Shown one piece after another: positions 26,325 through 39,552 of a stretch of DNA of 64,000 nt. Each line of letters begins with the position of its first letter. Position 1 is the first letter of the stretch. The notes under the pieces were generated by a model. That model was not told where the DNA came from and did no database searches. It saw nothing but the letters and a program-made list of their open reading frames with translations. The translations under genes were made by a program, and so were the position numbers. Source of the stretch: Moniliella sp. 'wahieum' (lineage: Eukaryota); the NCBI GenBank assembly GCA_003971905.1, contig RSEE01000009.1, positions 930,001 through 994,000 of the forward strand, written 5' to 3'.

Positions 26325-29300
26325 CTAGGTCGTCACTTGGGCACGGAAGCGAGCCAACTTGCTTGCAGTGGGCTGGGGCGCTTGGGATTGAGATTGGGAC
26401 TGGCTTTCGTCCACGTCGGGGCTTGAGTCTCTTCCAGCCCCGACGCGGCCAAGCGCTCTTCCTGCGTGCGTGCCGTCTCGAGGGTGAAGCGAAGGCTCTC
26501 TTCTTGGGTTTCGCCCAAGTCCCCTCTTCCTGAGTTTCTTCATCAACCAGTGCAGGCGTAGGCTCCGTGGTTGGACCCGTTGCAAATGGGAGCTTGCCCT
26601 GCCGCTGTTTCTTGGAGGCCGCCTTGCCCATACCAGAACCCGGATCAGTACCATGCACCGTGCGCAGCTCGGTCAAAGCGGTCTGTAGGCCTTCCGCATC
26701 ATCCACACGGTTGAAAAGCTGGCACTCTTATGTAGACTGGGTCGCGAGTCATGCCGCCGTTCTTGCGGGCAAAAGGGTTGCCACCTTTGGCTCGAGCAAA
26801 GGGATTGCGGCTCGCTGAGGCACAAGTAGAGTCATATCATAGACAAGAAATGAATCAGACGACATACCTTTCTCAGGAGGAGCGGTGGGGGAGGATCATC
26901 GTTCGCTTTGCGCTTCCGACCTTCGTCACGTCCTCCTGCATCGCCTCCTCGGCATTCGCCTCATCGTTCTGCATTTGCTGGCGAAGCAGATTCACCTCCT
27001 CTTCGATGGTCATAGCAGACTGTTGGGATGGTTGAGACGGAGGAGCGAACTAGATGGAGGTGCGAGAGAAGTGCTGCGCGACGAAGGGAGAGGGGTCATG
27101 CTCTCTTCTCGTCGGCTCGGCAGCGGCGTGAGCTTAGACCGACGCGACAAGGCATCCGAGTTTGAAGTCTTGCGTCAACGCCTTCTTTGCCCGAGCCACC
27201 GCCGATTGTTGACTATCGTCAGGCGCGGGCCTCGTTGGATAGTAGGAGCAATGACAATCGTCCCCCAGGTACAATGTTGGTTCGGGCCTCGGCTCGAGCC
27301 GCGACAATGGGCTTGAGATCACGGATTTGTTCCGCCAAGTTGGCCATGCCAAAGTAAGCTGCGATTTGGGCAGCAGCGACGACAGAGCGGGGCATGTTGA
27401 GCTCGCGCGCGGCATCAAGCGCCTTGTTTTGGTGGTCGCTGGCCTTACACACTGCTTGGAGTGTCTGGAGCAACGCACGATCTGCCTCGCTTTCCAAAGT
27501 CTCTGGGTTGGCGTCCTGGCTCTTGGGCGCTTGGGCCGGCTGAGCACGGGCTTGGGTCGAAGTAAGCATCAGACGAAGAAAGGTCTCCTCATGTTTCGCC
27601 TCCTCGGCACCACGGACGTAAGCACAGGTACGCAGCGGCACTCATGGATCAAAGTGTGGGTGCCGACGGGTCTGGTTGGTTACTCGTGAACCCTTCAAGG
27701 CGAGCGTCACCGCCGCTCGCCAGGTGACCGAGATAGGCCAGTAATGGACATCTGTGCGCTCCCCATCCTCCATGGTACGCACATCCAGCACTGGGACCCA
27801 ATGCCCGGACTGGGGTGAAGAAGGACGCTCAACACTCCGCGCGAATCCCAGATGGCAGGGGCGTCCAAGTCGTGAAGCCGATCCAAGTCAAACTTGCTCC
27901 TTGGGCCAGAGGGATCACACCGTGCCCCTCGGGCGAAGGATTGAAGATCAAAGAGCTGATACGTCAACTCTTGGTATCCACCCAGGGCCACCGGCGGCCC
28001 CGTCACAACCATGCCAGTGTACGACCCGCCCGCCACTGCAACAACTCGGCCCCAACAGACCAAATGGCACGTTGCAGCCCTGCACGGGAGAAAATGCGAA
28101 GAAAAGCCGTCGCTGGTTGAGGCAAGGATCACCGTGGCAGCGGCTGCGGCCGTGTCCAGTTCGTCCTCTACATCCGCGTTAGGCTTGCGTTTGGCCCACC
28201 CAGTGCAAGACAGGTGGCTCGCACACCGCTCGGGAGTGACACGCGCCATTCGGAGCTAGTGGACCAGCCCAGCTCAAAGGGCTTGAAGAACATACGCCTT
28301 CTTGCTCGGGCGACGTGGGTTTGGAGGCAAACACCGCACCTTGTTCACTCAGTGCACCACAGCAAAGCCCCCTGTCTCGGTGAGGCGCCAGTTGCGGCGA
28401 GCTGACGTGTTAAAGCTCTCAAAGTTGATCGTTTGCCCAGCCCTTTCAACCTTCAATATTGGTTTGCTCGACGGCCACAAGAGGCCCACAGTGTTGAAAG
28501 CAAGATAGCGACGGCCATTGCGGGAAGGAGTTGAAGTGGGTTGAAATGTTTTTTGCCCCCGGCGCAAAAGACGAGTCAGGTGAGACGGCAAGACCGAGAC
28601 CTCTGACTCGTTGTCCGACTCGCTCAAGACCCCAGGGCTTGGGTGACGACGTGCGCGAGGTTCATGGCCCCGGGGAGAGGCAAGATCAGGGTAACCCATA
28701 CGAATGGATCCATCGGGGCATTGGATGGGACGCCGTTTGGGTCAGCATGACGAGCTGTTTGTGCAGAGCGAGCACGACTGGTGGTGGGGTCTTCGTTCTC
28801 GGCCTCGTCGAGCGAAACCCGGGAAAGGAGGAGAGCGGGCGCTGTGTTCGCAATGGAAGGTACCCTGGCTTCCATATTCGCGGGCAAACATCTTCCAACG
28901 GTAGAGCTGGCCACCCAAGTCGGCCCACGCCAGAGCACCGATCAACAGCCCAAGAAATAGAGACAATGTCCGATTCAGACGTCTTGCGTGCGATCGGTGC
29001 CAAAGTAGTCATATCCCATAGGGTGAGCTGTCCATTACCTGCCGTGGCTGAGGCAAGGTAGCGCCCATTGAACGAAAAAGCCAGCGCAGAAATGGGCCCT
29101 GATGGAGGTGCAACGCCGTTTTGGGGTTGACCGTTGAAAACACGATGGCGCTCCCATAGACCAGTGCCAGTATTGCGACCATATACCACGAGCTCATTAG
29201 TCTTGCTAGGAAGGACGAAAAAGCGGCCGCTTGGATGCCATAGGGCGTAGATGGCATGGGGCTGTAGCCAACAGCAGTCACTGGGAGAACATCTTTGATG

Positions 29301-29947
29301 ACCTGTACGGCCGCCGGGCCACCAGGTCCGGCGGCAGCAAGCGCATCGGACGACAGGTCCCAGATACGCGCCGTTCCATCGCACGAAGCAGTGATCAAGG
29401 TTGGGGAAATGGGACACCAGGACGCCGTGCGAACCGCTCGCTCATGTCCCGTGAGGAGAATGGAGTCGAGGGGGTCGGCAAGACTGATGACGCGAACGAC
29501 CAGATCATCGCTGACAACAGCAACACGGCGAACTGAATCCGGGTTGTCAGGAGCCAGACGCTGTTCCGGGGCGAGTTCGAGTGCAGTGGCGCGGACGGGA
29601 GGGGCGTGCGAGTGAGCAGTTTCTGCATGACCCATGTGTCAGGTGCGGCCAGGGCGGTGGCGTCGGTGGGCTCGGGGAGCGCGTAAACGCGCACACAACC
29701 GTCCTCGGCCTGTAATGAGGGTGGAAATACCAGCGTCGATCCAGGAGATCTGAGCAGTGGCATCCTCGAGGGCAATGTTGACCGAGCCCTGGTCGGACCG
29801 GGTGCTGAGGACGCGAACAATGTAGTCATCTCCGCCAGTGAAGAGCACGTCGAGCCCGGAGCCTCGCGGGGCATGGCGAACAAGGGTGAGCCCGGGCCCA
29901 TGGACTACCTGCTGGCTGACGCCTTGCTGGCGCGGTTGCAACGCCAT
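26325..29947 (-). CDS. CTF4: Ctf4/Mcl1/And-1 replisome hub protein (WD40 plus SepB domain)
   Basis: LFTGGDDYIVRV, LTGHERAVRTASW, ITASCDGTARIWD, FSFNGRYLAS, and the SepB motif FQPTSTPSRNGRRYLAFNTVG. Intron near 26817-26866. Confidence 0.88.
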
Positions 29948-30759
29948 GGGGGAGGGAGAGGGAGGGAGGAGGGGGCGGGAGCGGGGAGGTGGTGGTGGTG
30001 GTGGTGGTGAACCCAGACTTGGTCGACGTGTCTGCTGGCGTGGCGCACAGCCGTGTCGTGTCGCGTCGCGCTAACCCTAGCATCTGTTGAAGGCGCGACG
30101 CGTACTGCATGGAAATTGCATTTTTGCAACTCAACGTACTGAACCCATTTGCATGACGGTTGGGGTTGCCACCGTCCACACCCACACCAAACCCAGTGAG
30201 CACCCCGAGCACCACGCCCAACGCCCAGCAGAGAGCTAGGGAACATACCCACCAACGCCCCCCAACCTACCAGACGCCGCCATGCATCCGGGCTGTCGTC
30301 CATAGTTCCTGGCTAGTCCCTACGCGCAAACCAGCTTGCGCTCCCGAAACATTATCACAGCGGCACATGGAATAAGTTCATCATCAGCATTTGGTAGAAG
30401 TAGCACGTGTGGCGTAATCGTGGAATGGAGTGAATGGGTGGCAAATGGGTATCGTAATGCAATTAGTGATGATCGATGCGGGGATGAAGAAGGCTGCCAT
30501 GGAGAGGGGGGGAGAGAAAAAAGAGTAGTGTGAGGTGTCCCTGTTCGTAATACCGTCGGGCCTGATAATCGTGGGTCGAAGATGTTCACCCGAGGGAGGG
30601 CAAAGGCTGGGATTACAGGTGCATCTCGTGTTTCACGCAGCATGAGAGTGCAATAATACGAGACCCTTCAGGGAACCACACCATAGGCTTCTCCTTGTGA
30701 CTTAGGCAAGACGAAAGACCGGTGCCGACATCTGGCATTAATAAGCTGATGACCGAAGT

Positions 30760-31519
30760 CCTTGCACTGGTCGTCTCACTGTCCGCATATCCTCTTCGGA
30801 AGAAACAGACGGCGACGCTGGCACAGGCACGGTCATGCTCTCATCCGAGGGCATAGGGGTGAAGACAAGCGCGTGTCTCCTTGAACGGACGGCTTGCGAA
30901 TAGTGGGTACTGGTCCTTGTACGAGGCCGGGCGCACCCGCCTCTCCGTTAGCACAAGAAGGTGAGACAGGCGCTTGGGCCGGAGCGGATGCAGCCGATGC
31001 CGAGGATGCAGACCGGGAACGTCCCCAGGCATTGCTCTGAGTGACGAGGTGATCGGGAGATGTGTGTCGGGTGGAAGCGCGACTGGTGAAGCCACTGCGT
31101 AGGCCAGTATGTGCGCGAGGGCGGCTGGTGCTGTAAGGCTCGGCACGCGAGCGGGCTTGGCGTGTCCCAAGTGGACGAACAGGAGATGATGGAGGATGTC
31201 GTTGTCCACGGGACCTGGAACGCGAGCGGGCTGTGGCAGGGGTATTCCTGCCACTTGCACAGCTCAAATTGGAGTATGGAGGTTCCGAGAGGAACGCGGA
31301 AGATTGAAAGGAAGGAGAACCAGGGGGGGGATAGCGAAGGGGAAGTCGATGCAGGACCGAAATGTCCTTCAGCTCGATACTGGGACCCAATGCAACGGAG
31401 CCGAGTGTAGTAAAAAGGGAGTCGCGTAGGTCGCGGATGGCGTGACCACGGTCACCAGCGTAAACGGTCTGGAGCGAGCCAATGAGACTGTCGACATCGG
31501 CATCGTACATGGTAGTCAT
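30760..31519 (-). CDS. Hypothetical S/R-rich protein
   Basis: 228-aa ORF starting MTTMYDADVDSLIGSLQ..IRDLRDSL with a disordered tail. 3' end uncertain. Confidence 0.5.
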
Positions 31520-32139
31520 GATGGGAAGGATGAGAGCAGTGAGAAGAGAGTGGGTAAGATGGTGATGGGGGTAGTGGAGGTGGCGATGACGAAGAAGCCT
31601 GGGAGCGGCAACTTAAGAAATATCCGCTTGATGAAATCTGCGTCGGCTTCGGGAACAGGGAGGCGGTGGACAAAATGGAGAGAGTTCGGCGGATGCCGCG
31701 GGGGCAGTGCTTTCCAGCTGGTTGCCGGCTATTCCCCGGCGGCGCTCAGCTGGCGCAGGCGGGCGCTCTGGAGAGTGGGGTGGTGCCTGCGCCCTCCTCC
31801 GTCATCGCGTCATCGATCATCGACATCTGCCTTTGTGCTGAGACTCAGCTCTCCGCCTGCGTCAGGTCCCCAACCCCCGAGGCACCCAAGAGCGGTGCTG
31901 TGCCGTCACCCGCACTGCAGCAGAGCAGCGTATCACACATACCACGCGTCAGCTAACGGCTCAGCCTGCCGGCCATCCAGCATGAATCACCGGTCAACGT
32001 CAACGGCCTTTGATCGCATCGATCACACGAGCCACATATCCCAGTCGGCCCCAGTCGGCCCCGGTCGACTCCAGTGGCTCAGGCACGGGAAGGCTTCGCA
32101 GTGGCTTCGCCCGCTTCGGCGACCACAGCCACGCGAGCA

Positions 32140-32507
32140 TCTTCAAAGCTTCAAGCTTCTCAGAGCCCCAATATCAAGAGCTTCATGTTCTGTCTGTCGC
32201 AGTACCGGCCCACCGTGCTCCATGCTGACACTTGCGTTCCTGAAAAAGTTGGGTTACATGTCACATGCGTCACACCAGAAGCTGTTTGCGCTTGGGCCGT
32301 CAGCGGTCAGCGCGTCAGCTTCGAGCTCCTCAAGCTTCAAGTTGAAGCTTTAAGCTTCGAGCTTCGAGCAGCACAAAATGCCGGCCCACAATGTGATGGT
32401 GTTCTCATCGACATACCGGCCTTCTGCGTCACCAACTCCCCAACCAGCATGGGTGAGATGGGACATGCATGTGACATACTGACATGTGACATCACATGTG
32501 ACATGTG
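32140..32507. repeat. Heptamer-palindrome cluster
   Basis: CTTCAAG and CTTTAAG units at 32148-32355, GGTTACA-TGTCACA, TGTGACA x3 within 32470-32503. Confidence 0.85.
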
Positions 32508-34304
32508 GCGCATCAATGTGCCGGGGGTGGCAAAAAACCTATACGGTTGAGGATTAAACAACAGATGTATGGATTGAACCTGAAGAATATACATTCAATA
32601 CTGGATTGTAAGAGGGAGAGAGGGTGTGGTGCCACAACACTGGAACAGTGGCACCAACAGCCCTAGTCTCCATGGTTCCCTTCGGTGTTTTCCTTCCAAC
32701 AAAATATTCTTCCTTAACAGAAAATAATGGAGATGAGGAAAAGGATAAGGATCACATATTTATTCATCGAGGAAAAAAAAAGGAAGCGAGGTACTATATA
32801 CCTCGGAGAAGATAGCATGCGAGCTGAGTCGCACTACGTAGAAAGAAAGGGGAGCATATACAAAGGGGGAACATTTTCTAGAAAACAAATCAGAGTCCAC
32901 AGAAATCTTCTGTGACTGATATATATGTTTGACCAGGGGGGTCTGGTCCGACATTCCTCGAAGGTATAGCAATATTCTCTGTCATACACTGCCTGGTTCA
33001 CTCAAAAGGGGGATAAAAGAGGAGCACCAATGCGCAAAGCCTCCTTGAGTTCTGTAGCAATCGACCGAGCAGCTGTCCGAGCAGCGATCATGATCGTCTA
33101 TACTACATAGGATTCGATTCCGGTCCTTCGGGATACAACGACGCATCTGAAACATAAAGACCGTGTGGGTCATACGCTCATGGGTTTGGGGATCGCACAC
33201 TGTTTCACTTGGATCCACCCCATCCGTACGTGTCCATCTGGAGAGCTTGAAACAACTTGGACGTTGACGGAAGAAAGAAGAAAGGTCTCAGCGGCTACAA
33301 AGACTTTAGCAAGCGACAACGAGCTCATGTGACTCCAGGTCCCCATGAGGATGAGCGGATTGGGCCTGGCCAAGCGGTTGCTTTGAACTGTCCTGTGAGT
33401 GCATGTGAATGGGAATCATCAATGATATATATACCCTCAATCGCCCAGCGTTCACGAACAAAGGAAGGTAGAGAGGCGAGCCGGTTGATCGTGATCCCCC
33501 TGTGTGGAAAGCAGAGTCTCAATAACCCAGCTATTATATATATTAGTGTTGCAAGCTCACATGCAAAGAAGGAAACCGAAAGACGCACACCTAATTAACT
33601 ATTGCTTTCAGACACGAGGAGCATACTCCTGATATTGATAGTGACCAAAAGGAACAACCAGAGCGGATAGGGCAAACACCATATAGTTTTGCCAGTGCGT
33701 TTCCCTCCCATTTCGTTTGTACGTTCGATAGGAGAGTGCTGAACGCTGGGAAGTAACTAGTAACAGAAAACACGAAAAGGACTGGGATGCGTAGCTGCCA
33801 TGATGAGGAAGAGCCGGTCAAGCAAAATACTCTTCAATCACTTCAATGTCACGGTCAGAGTACAACGGCTGCCTTAGTGTGTCTCGATGTGCAGCCTATA
33901 TTGCTACTTCCTATATGCCGATCTGAGATACAAACTAACGTATGATGGCCGCAAAACACTTTGGTGAAACATTATACAAGGGCTTTTCATGTGTACTCTG
34001 AAAGAATACTTATCTATGGCACCAGAAACTGTACTTGTGTGGACCAAATTGGCCCACAGTTCCAAACCACAGTTTTTAAAGAACGATGCACCTTGAACAG
34101 TCTGATGTAGCCTATATAAGACGCTAGCAGGCTGGGAGGTGCAGCATGAATGGAGCTCAAAAAATGCATGAGACAAGGGGGGTGGGGGGCTTTATAATAC
34201 AGCGTTCAGCATCGCACCGATCCAACCCGAATAGCCCCAACGAGAGAAAAAAGGAGGGTGGGGGGCAAAAGAGCCACACCAATTAAGAAAAAAAGAAAAA
34301 AGGC

Positions 34305-35237
34305 TTAGAAGCTAAAGCAGCCAGCAATCTGGCCACCGTCCATAACAAGTTCGGAACCCGTCATGAACGTGCACTCATGGTTGTAGGAACAAGGTGGCAT
34401 TGGCCACATCTAGTGCGGGTGCCCATAGGCCTTGAGGGATTTCCTGAACGATTTTGGCCGAATCCATCTGGGCCACAATGTCGGTTATGCAGTAACCTGG
34501 GTGGACGCTACAAAAAGAAGAACAGGGGGAGTTAGTTTGTTCTTTTGTACTGCGAAGACGGATCAAGCGCAGAAAAATCCGGGCCGTTGAAGAGCACACA
34601 TACCTATTGACACGGATGTTGTGCTGCGCACCAGCCAAGGCAGCCGCCTTGGTAAAGTTACGAATGGCGCCCTTGGTGGAACAGTAATTGGCCAATGCGC
34701 TGTTCCCCACAATGCCAAGAATGGAGCTCATCTGAATGATGCTTCCTCCCGCCAAAGGTTTCGTAGGGGAAGTCAGTTTCATCAATCCAAAGGCGCCCCG
34801 GGTACCGAGAAAGACCGAGTCCAGGTTGACCGCATGAATGCGTTTCCACTGGTCAAAGGACGAGTGCTCGTCAAACGTGTGAGGTGGAAAAGCCATGCCC
34901 GCATTGTTGACAAGCACGTCCAACCGTCCATAGCGCGTTTCGACATGGGAAAACAACTCAGCCCATTCTTGTTCCGATTCGGCATTTAGGGTACGGAATT
35001 CGCCGCTGCCGCTCCCGCAAGCGGTAATGTCCTGAATAACTTTCTGTCCGGCCTTGCGGTCCCGCCCAACGCAGATCACCGTGGCGCCTTCCTCGGCCAT
35101 ACGGATGGCGATGGCCGCCCGAGCCCACGGGTAGCGCCCGTGACAATGGCCACTTGACCCGCAAGCTTGCCTGCGTTTGCAGGAGAGGTTGAGGTGGCGA
35201 CGGGCATATTGGCGGCGGTGGTAGCGATGGGTGCCAT
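34305..35237 (-). CDS. Classical short-chain dehydrogenase/reductase
   Basis: KLAGQVAIVTGATRG, GRLDVLVNNAG, GSIIQMSS, YCSTK, IRVN|intron ~34509-34604|SVHPG, FMTGSELVMDGG. Confidence 0.92.
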
Positions 35238-36194
35238 ATTGAATAAAGGAGGATGAGAGATGGTTTTGTGAGCGAGGGCAGTGAGAGGATGGGTGGAAAG
35301 GGGTTGTCGTGTGTTGAATAATTGTTGTGGTGTGGAGAAAAAGGATGAACACGACGAAATGCCCGCCTATTTATGTGTTCTCCTCAATGCGACTGACGGT
35401 CGACACCTGCTGCGCGATATACCAAAACACGTATAGTGCAGGCATGCCAATCTATCCTGCCGGAGGATATGGTCTCATGATGAAGAGAGCGACGTTCCGA
35501 GATGGAGAGCATCAAGGAGCTCGGGATGGTGTAACTTTTGCACCATATACCGACCACTCATCCCAGACTTGATTGGAGACAAAGTGGAGAGGATAGAGAG
35601 TTCCGTGTTGGTAAAAGAGTATAGAGGCGCAGCTGTGGCGTCTTCTCCGCGGGGTCACTGCCCCCTAGCTTGTTTTCTGCTCCACACTTTCCCCACACCG
35701 CCCACAAACACCACAGGTGGTCCACCAGGGCCGAAGTATCCATGCCGCGGGACAAACACGGTACAGAAGGAGTCTCGCAGACCCCAGGGTCAAAACGAGC
35801 CCTATCATTCTTTGTAGCGTCTCGTCCTGTGGCCTGATCAGAGGAAATGAGGGGGGCGAGATATGCAACCCTCCTTGACTCAGTGCTGGCAGAGACGCGC
35901 ACAGTACTCCTTGATGCAGAAGCACGATGGGCGATATGGAGCCTGAGTATAATCGATCTGAATGTGAGAGGAAGCGCTGCAAAAGGTGAGTCGTCTGGCA
36001 ATACGCACGAGCAGCTCCTGGTTATGTTATAGAGAGATCAAATGTTTTTGCCGCACTCTCCTCTCTCCACTGTGAAAGCCTCAGCTACCCGTTACCCACA
36101 GGCAAATCAAATCTCCTCGGGGCAAAAATGGTCTTAGTAATGCCGGCGACGGCCTTGTTGCAAAGTTCAGCGCTTTCTAAGAGAGTATACTGGC

Positions 36195-36650
36195 ACTGAG
36201 TACTGTCACATATATGCGTGCTGTGGTACCCGATACCGTCACATAACTAGTTGTGCACACACTCTGTATTAGGAACTAGGTACTGTAGTGCAACAGATAT
36301 CGTAGCCCCCGTGTATCCTCGGCTCGGGTAGTGGTTCCTAGCACGGGTTGCAATTCGGATCTCAGATCTCAGTCCTCAACAGCCTCAGTCCCCAGGCCTC
36401 AGGCCTCAGGGCCTCAGATCCGCGCGTTACGTTGGGGCACACCAGGTCACACTGAGGCAGACGAGGAGGCGGGCGGCAAAAGTGAAACACATCTCGCTGT
36501 GTTGGAACGCGGAACAAGTAAGACACGCATGGGTCGTCTGAAACAGTGCAAGGGCTCGCGCGGGGCGACACTGAGTACTGAGGCGACAATGGGGGCAAAC
36601 GAGTGCGGGCGCGGCAAACGACCAATGATTAATGAGCGCAATGATTAATG
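36195..36650. repeat. Heptamer-palindrome cluster
   Basis: TCTCAGA-TCTCAGT-CCTCAAC..CCTCAGT-CCCCAGG-(CCTCAGG)x2 at 36360-36410, ACTGAGT-ACTGAGG, AATGATT at 36624 and 36640. Confidence 0.85.
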
Positions 36651-39292
36651 CGCGCACAGCGTGAGAGTCCGTTGGGTTGTGGAAGACGAACGGAAGTGAG
36701 GGAGGGATGGTTGTTCTATTCCAAGAAGAAGTCTCTCACCTCCGGAAGGATACAGAGGGGAGAGTCGGACAGGAAGGAGTGATTACGAATGCTGGCATGC
36801 CGGCGTCTTTTTGCAATCACGCCAACAGGGGTGTCCTGGGGTGGGGGGCGGTGGGTGGCAAGCGTCAACGCATGTCATGGATGTCCGACGTCTCCCGCAG
36901 CCCAGCCCAACTGATTATGTATGCATCTCACTCCATCTTTACTTTTGATGCTACTCGATACACTCATCGACACCGATCAACGACCATCATGCATCATCAT
37001 GCATCATCCATCATTCTCTCCGCATGTCAGACATCCCCGACAGGGCGGCATGTGTGTCTGAATAGTCGCTCGCGTCAAATGCCCATTCCAAATTCGAAGC
37101 CGTATGGTTGTGTGTGATAATATCCTTAGGCGCCCGGATGCCCTGGATGCTCGCTATTGTGAATGTTATGTACACACATTCTACCCTTTAGGCCTTATGC
37201 ACGATTATCGCTCCATTCTGCACGGTCCTTTTGTAGTACCCGCCTGGCCTCCAGTCCCGCATGTCGACCCATTCTTACCAGCCTCTCGTCTTCTTGGTGG
37301 CATATGCGCGACATCAAATGCACAAACCCAGCACATGGATCAGAGGAACAGGTGTGGCAAAATGGCGGAAGGGGAGATATCAACACACAGAGCCGAGACG
37401 GATCTCCAATATTACCTTTGTACCCCCCCCCCCCCTTACACCTCCACCTCCCAGCCGCTGATCCACGCGGGCCACTCTCGTTGTCCCACTGAACCTGTGG
37501 CATGGTGCATCACCTCCTTTGTTGTCAGCCGCGTACTAAAAGTCAGTTATAGGTAACACAACAGAAGCCACCAGCAGACGAAAAGTGATCAACAGTTCCC
37601 ACTAGCCCACTGATCTCTTCGTCTCCCCTCTGATTCGGGCACATTTCTTCCCTCTCACCGCGTCAGGACTCTCGCTCGCCGTCATATACTGCCCAACAAA
37701 AGTTGGATGGACTCTGGTGCAATATGGAGAGAAACAGAGTGTGCGCATCCTCGGTTATACATGCCTTGCTTTTTTCTACCCCCCTTCCCTCGCCCGCCTG
37801 TGCGTGCACGGGGTCAGCACGGATCTTTCCTCCTCTAATTATCATGTCCGACTAGAAAATACAACGACGATGAGCCCAAACTAGTGTGTTTGTCCCTGCT
37901 TTGTTAGCGAGAGTCGGACTGTGAGCAGGCCCAAGTCCATCATGGGCGAGACCTGCATGATGGGCGAGACTTATCATGTAGATCGGTCCTTACCATGGAG
38001 GAAAAGAAAAAAGGATATAGCAGTCAAGTGGGAGAAGCTGTTCTGTCGAGCGGGAAAACATGCCATGTAAAAGAAATGCGGTAGGGCTATCGACTCCTAT
38101 CGACAGAGGAAGTCGACCTCTACCGTCACACTCACCGCTGCTGCCAGACGCTCATCCGTATTCGTCCTATACAGACAAAATCCTAGACCTTGTTGACCCA
38201 ACAATTCCTTCCCCAAGTTTTTCTGAGAGCTGACACGAGTAGAGTGTTGTGGCCTTACTCAGCCAAAAACCCACTGAGACACAGTGAGAGCGGGAGCAGT
38301 CGATGCTGATCTTAATTTGTGCGAGACAAACGAGTATGGGCAGTGAAGTGTACAGATACAAGGACAGGTATGGGTGCAACAGCGCGCGCGGAATGTCCCT
38401 GTACAGCTAGTCCTAACCAAATAATGCACTTATAGTGTGGTCGGAACCGATGGCCCGGAAGCGCTAATCCGGGGCATTATGGCACTTCAGGCATGGCCAT
38501 GCACATCGCCAACAAAGGCCATTCTTTCGGTTACAAAAAACCGCGATCAAATGGGGCCGAGGAGGGTCGGGCGGGTAAGGGGTAGAAGAAGGTATGCGGA
38601 AATTAAGAGGGTGCAAGGTGTGGTTGCTACTGGGTATGTCGTGTGCCAAAAGTCATGTCTTGCTACGCGCCCTTACATGATGTCTCTGTGTCTCTATCGC
38701 CAGCGCCAGCACCAGCACCAGCATCAGCACGCACCAGCACCATCAAGCGAGCGCAGTGAGGAGGCTGTATCACCCCCCCCACCCCACAGAGTGTCTCGGT
38801 GCGAAAAAAAAGATGAGATTCTGCACGTTCTCTAATGGGTACGATATGGTGGGGGAAGTACTCGCCCCCGGTACCCGATGTTCTCAACCAGCTCAGAGCT
38901 GGGCGTTGTCGCGGTGGAGCGCGCGAGCGCACTCGCGCGGGTCACGGGCGGGGCTGTCGCGAATGAGAGCGAGTCACTATGGTGAGAACAGTGTGGCAAT
39001 TTATTGAATCAGCTGATGTTGACACTCTTAACATAGCCTCTCAAAGGGGGCTCAACGGCAGAGCGAGCTCAACGTGAGTGCCCCCGTGCCTCAACATTGC
39101 CATTGATCGAATTGAATCGTCCATGTGTTGTTGCGGTCGTCGGTCCACCCAGCATCCAGCACCCAGCCGCCAGCTTCTACCCAATCAGTCTAGGGGGGGT
39201 TGTCACAGCCGCTGACCTGCCTCAGTGTAAGGCGGCCGTGCCTGTGCCCTGAGGGTGATGCAGATTATTATGGAAACCTACCGCAAGTTTCA

Positions 39293-39552
39293 CTTGAAGC
39301 TTGAAGGCTTCAGCTTGAAGGCTGATGCGCTGATGAGTACTGAGTTACTGAGTCGATGAGGCCTGCGGGGCTGAGGCCACACACGGTCATATTCACACCC
39401 TCAGGCCTCAGACAGGTCAGGGTCACCGACCCGGTCAGCCCCCCGGTGAGGACCTGAGGCCCGTATGAGGCTGCTGTGTTCGCCAAGGAGTCGGCCAGAG
39501 TCGGGATGGCCTGACCTATCCTCTACTGCTTAATCGACCTCAGGCCTCAGGG
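39293..39552. repeat. Heptamer-palindrome cluster upstream of endosulfine gene
   Basis: (CTTGAAG)x2, ACTGAGT x2, CCTCAGG-CCTCAGA, GGTCACC, (CCTCAGG)x2. Confidence 0.85.
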
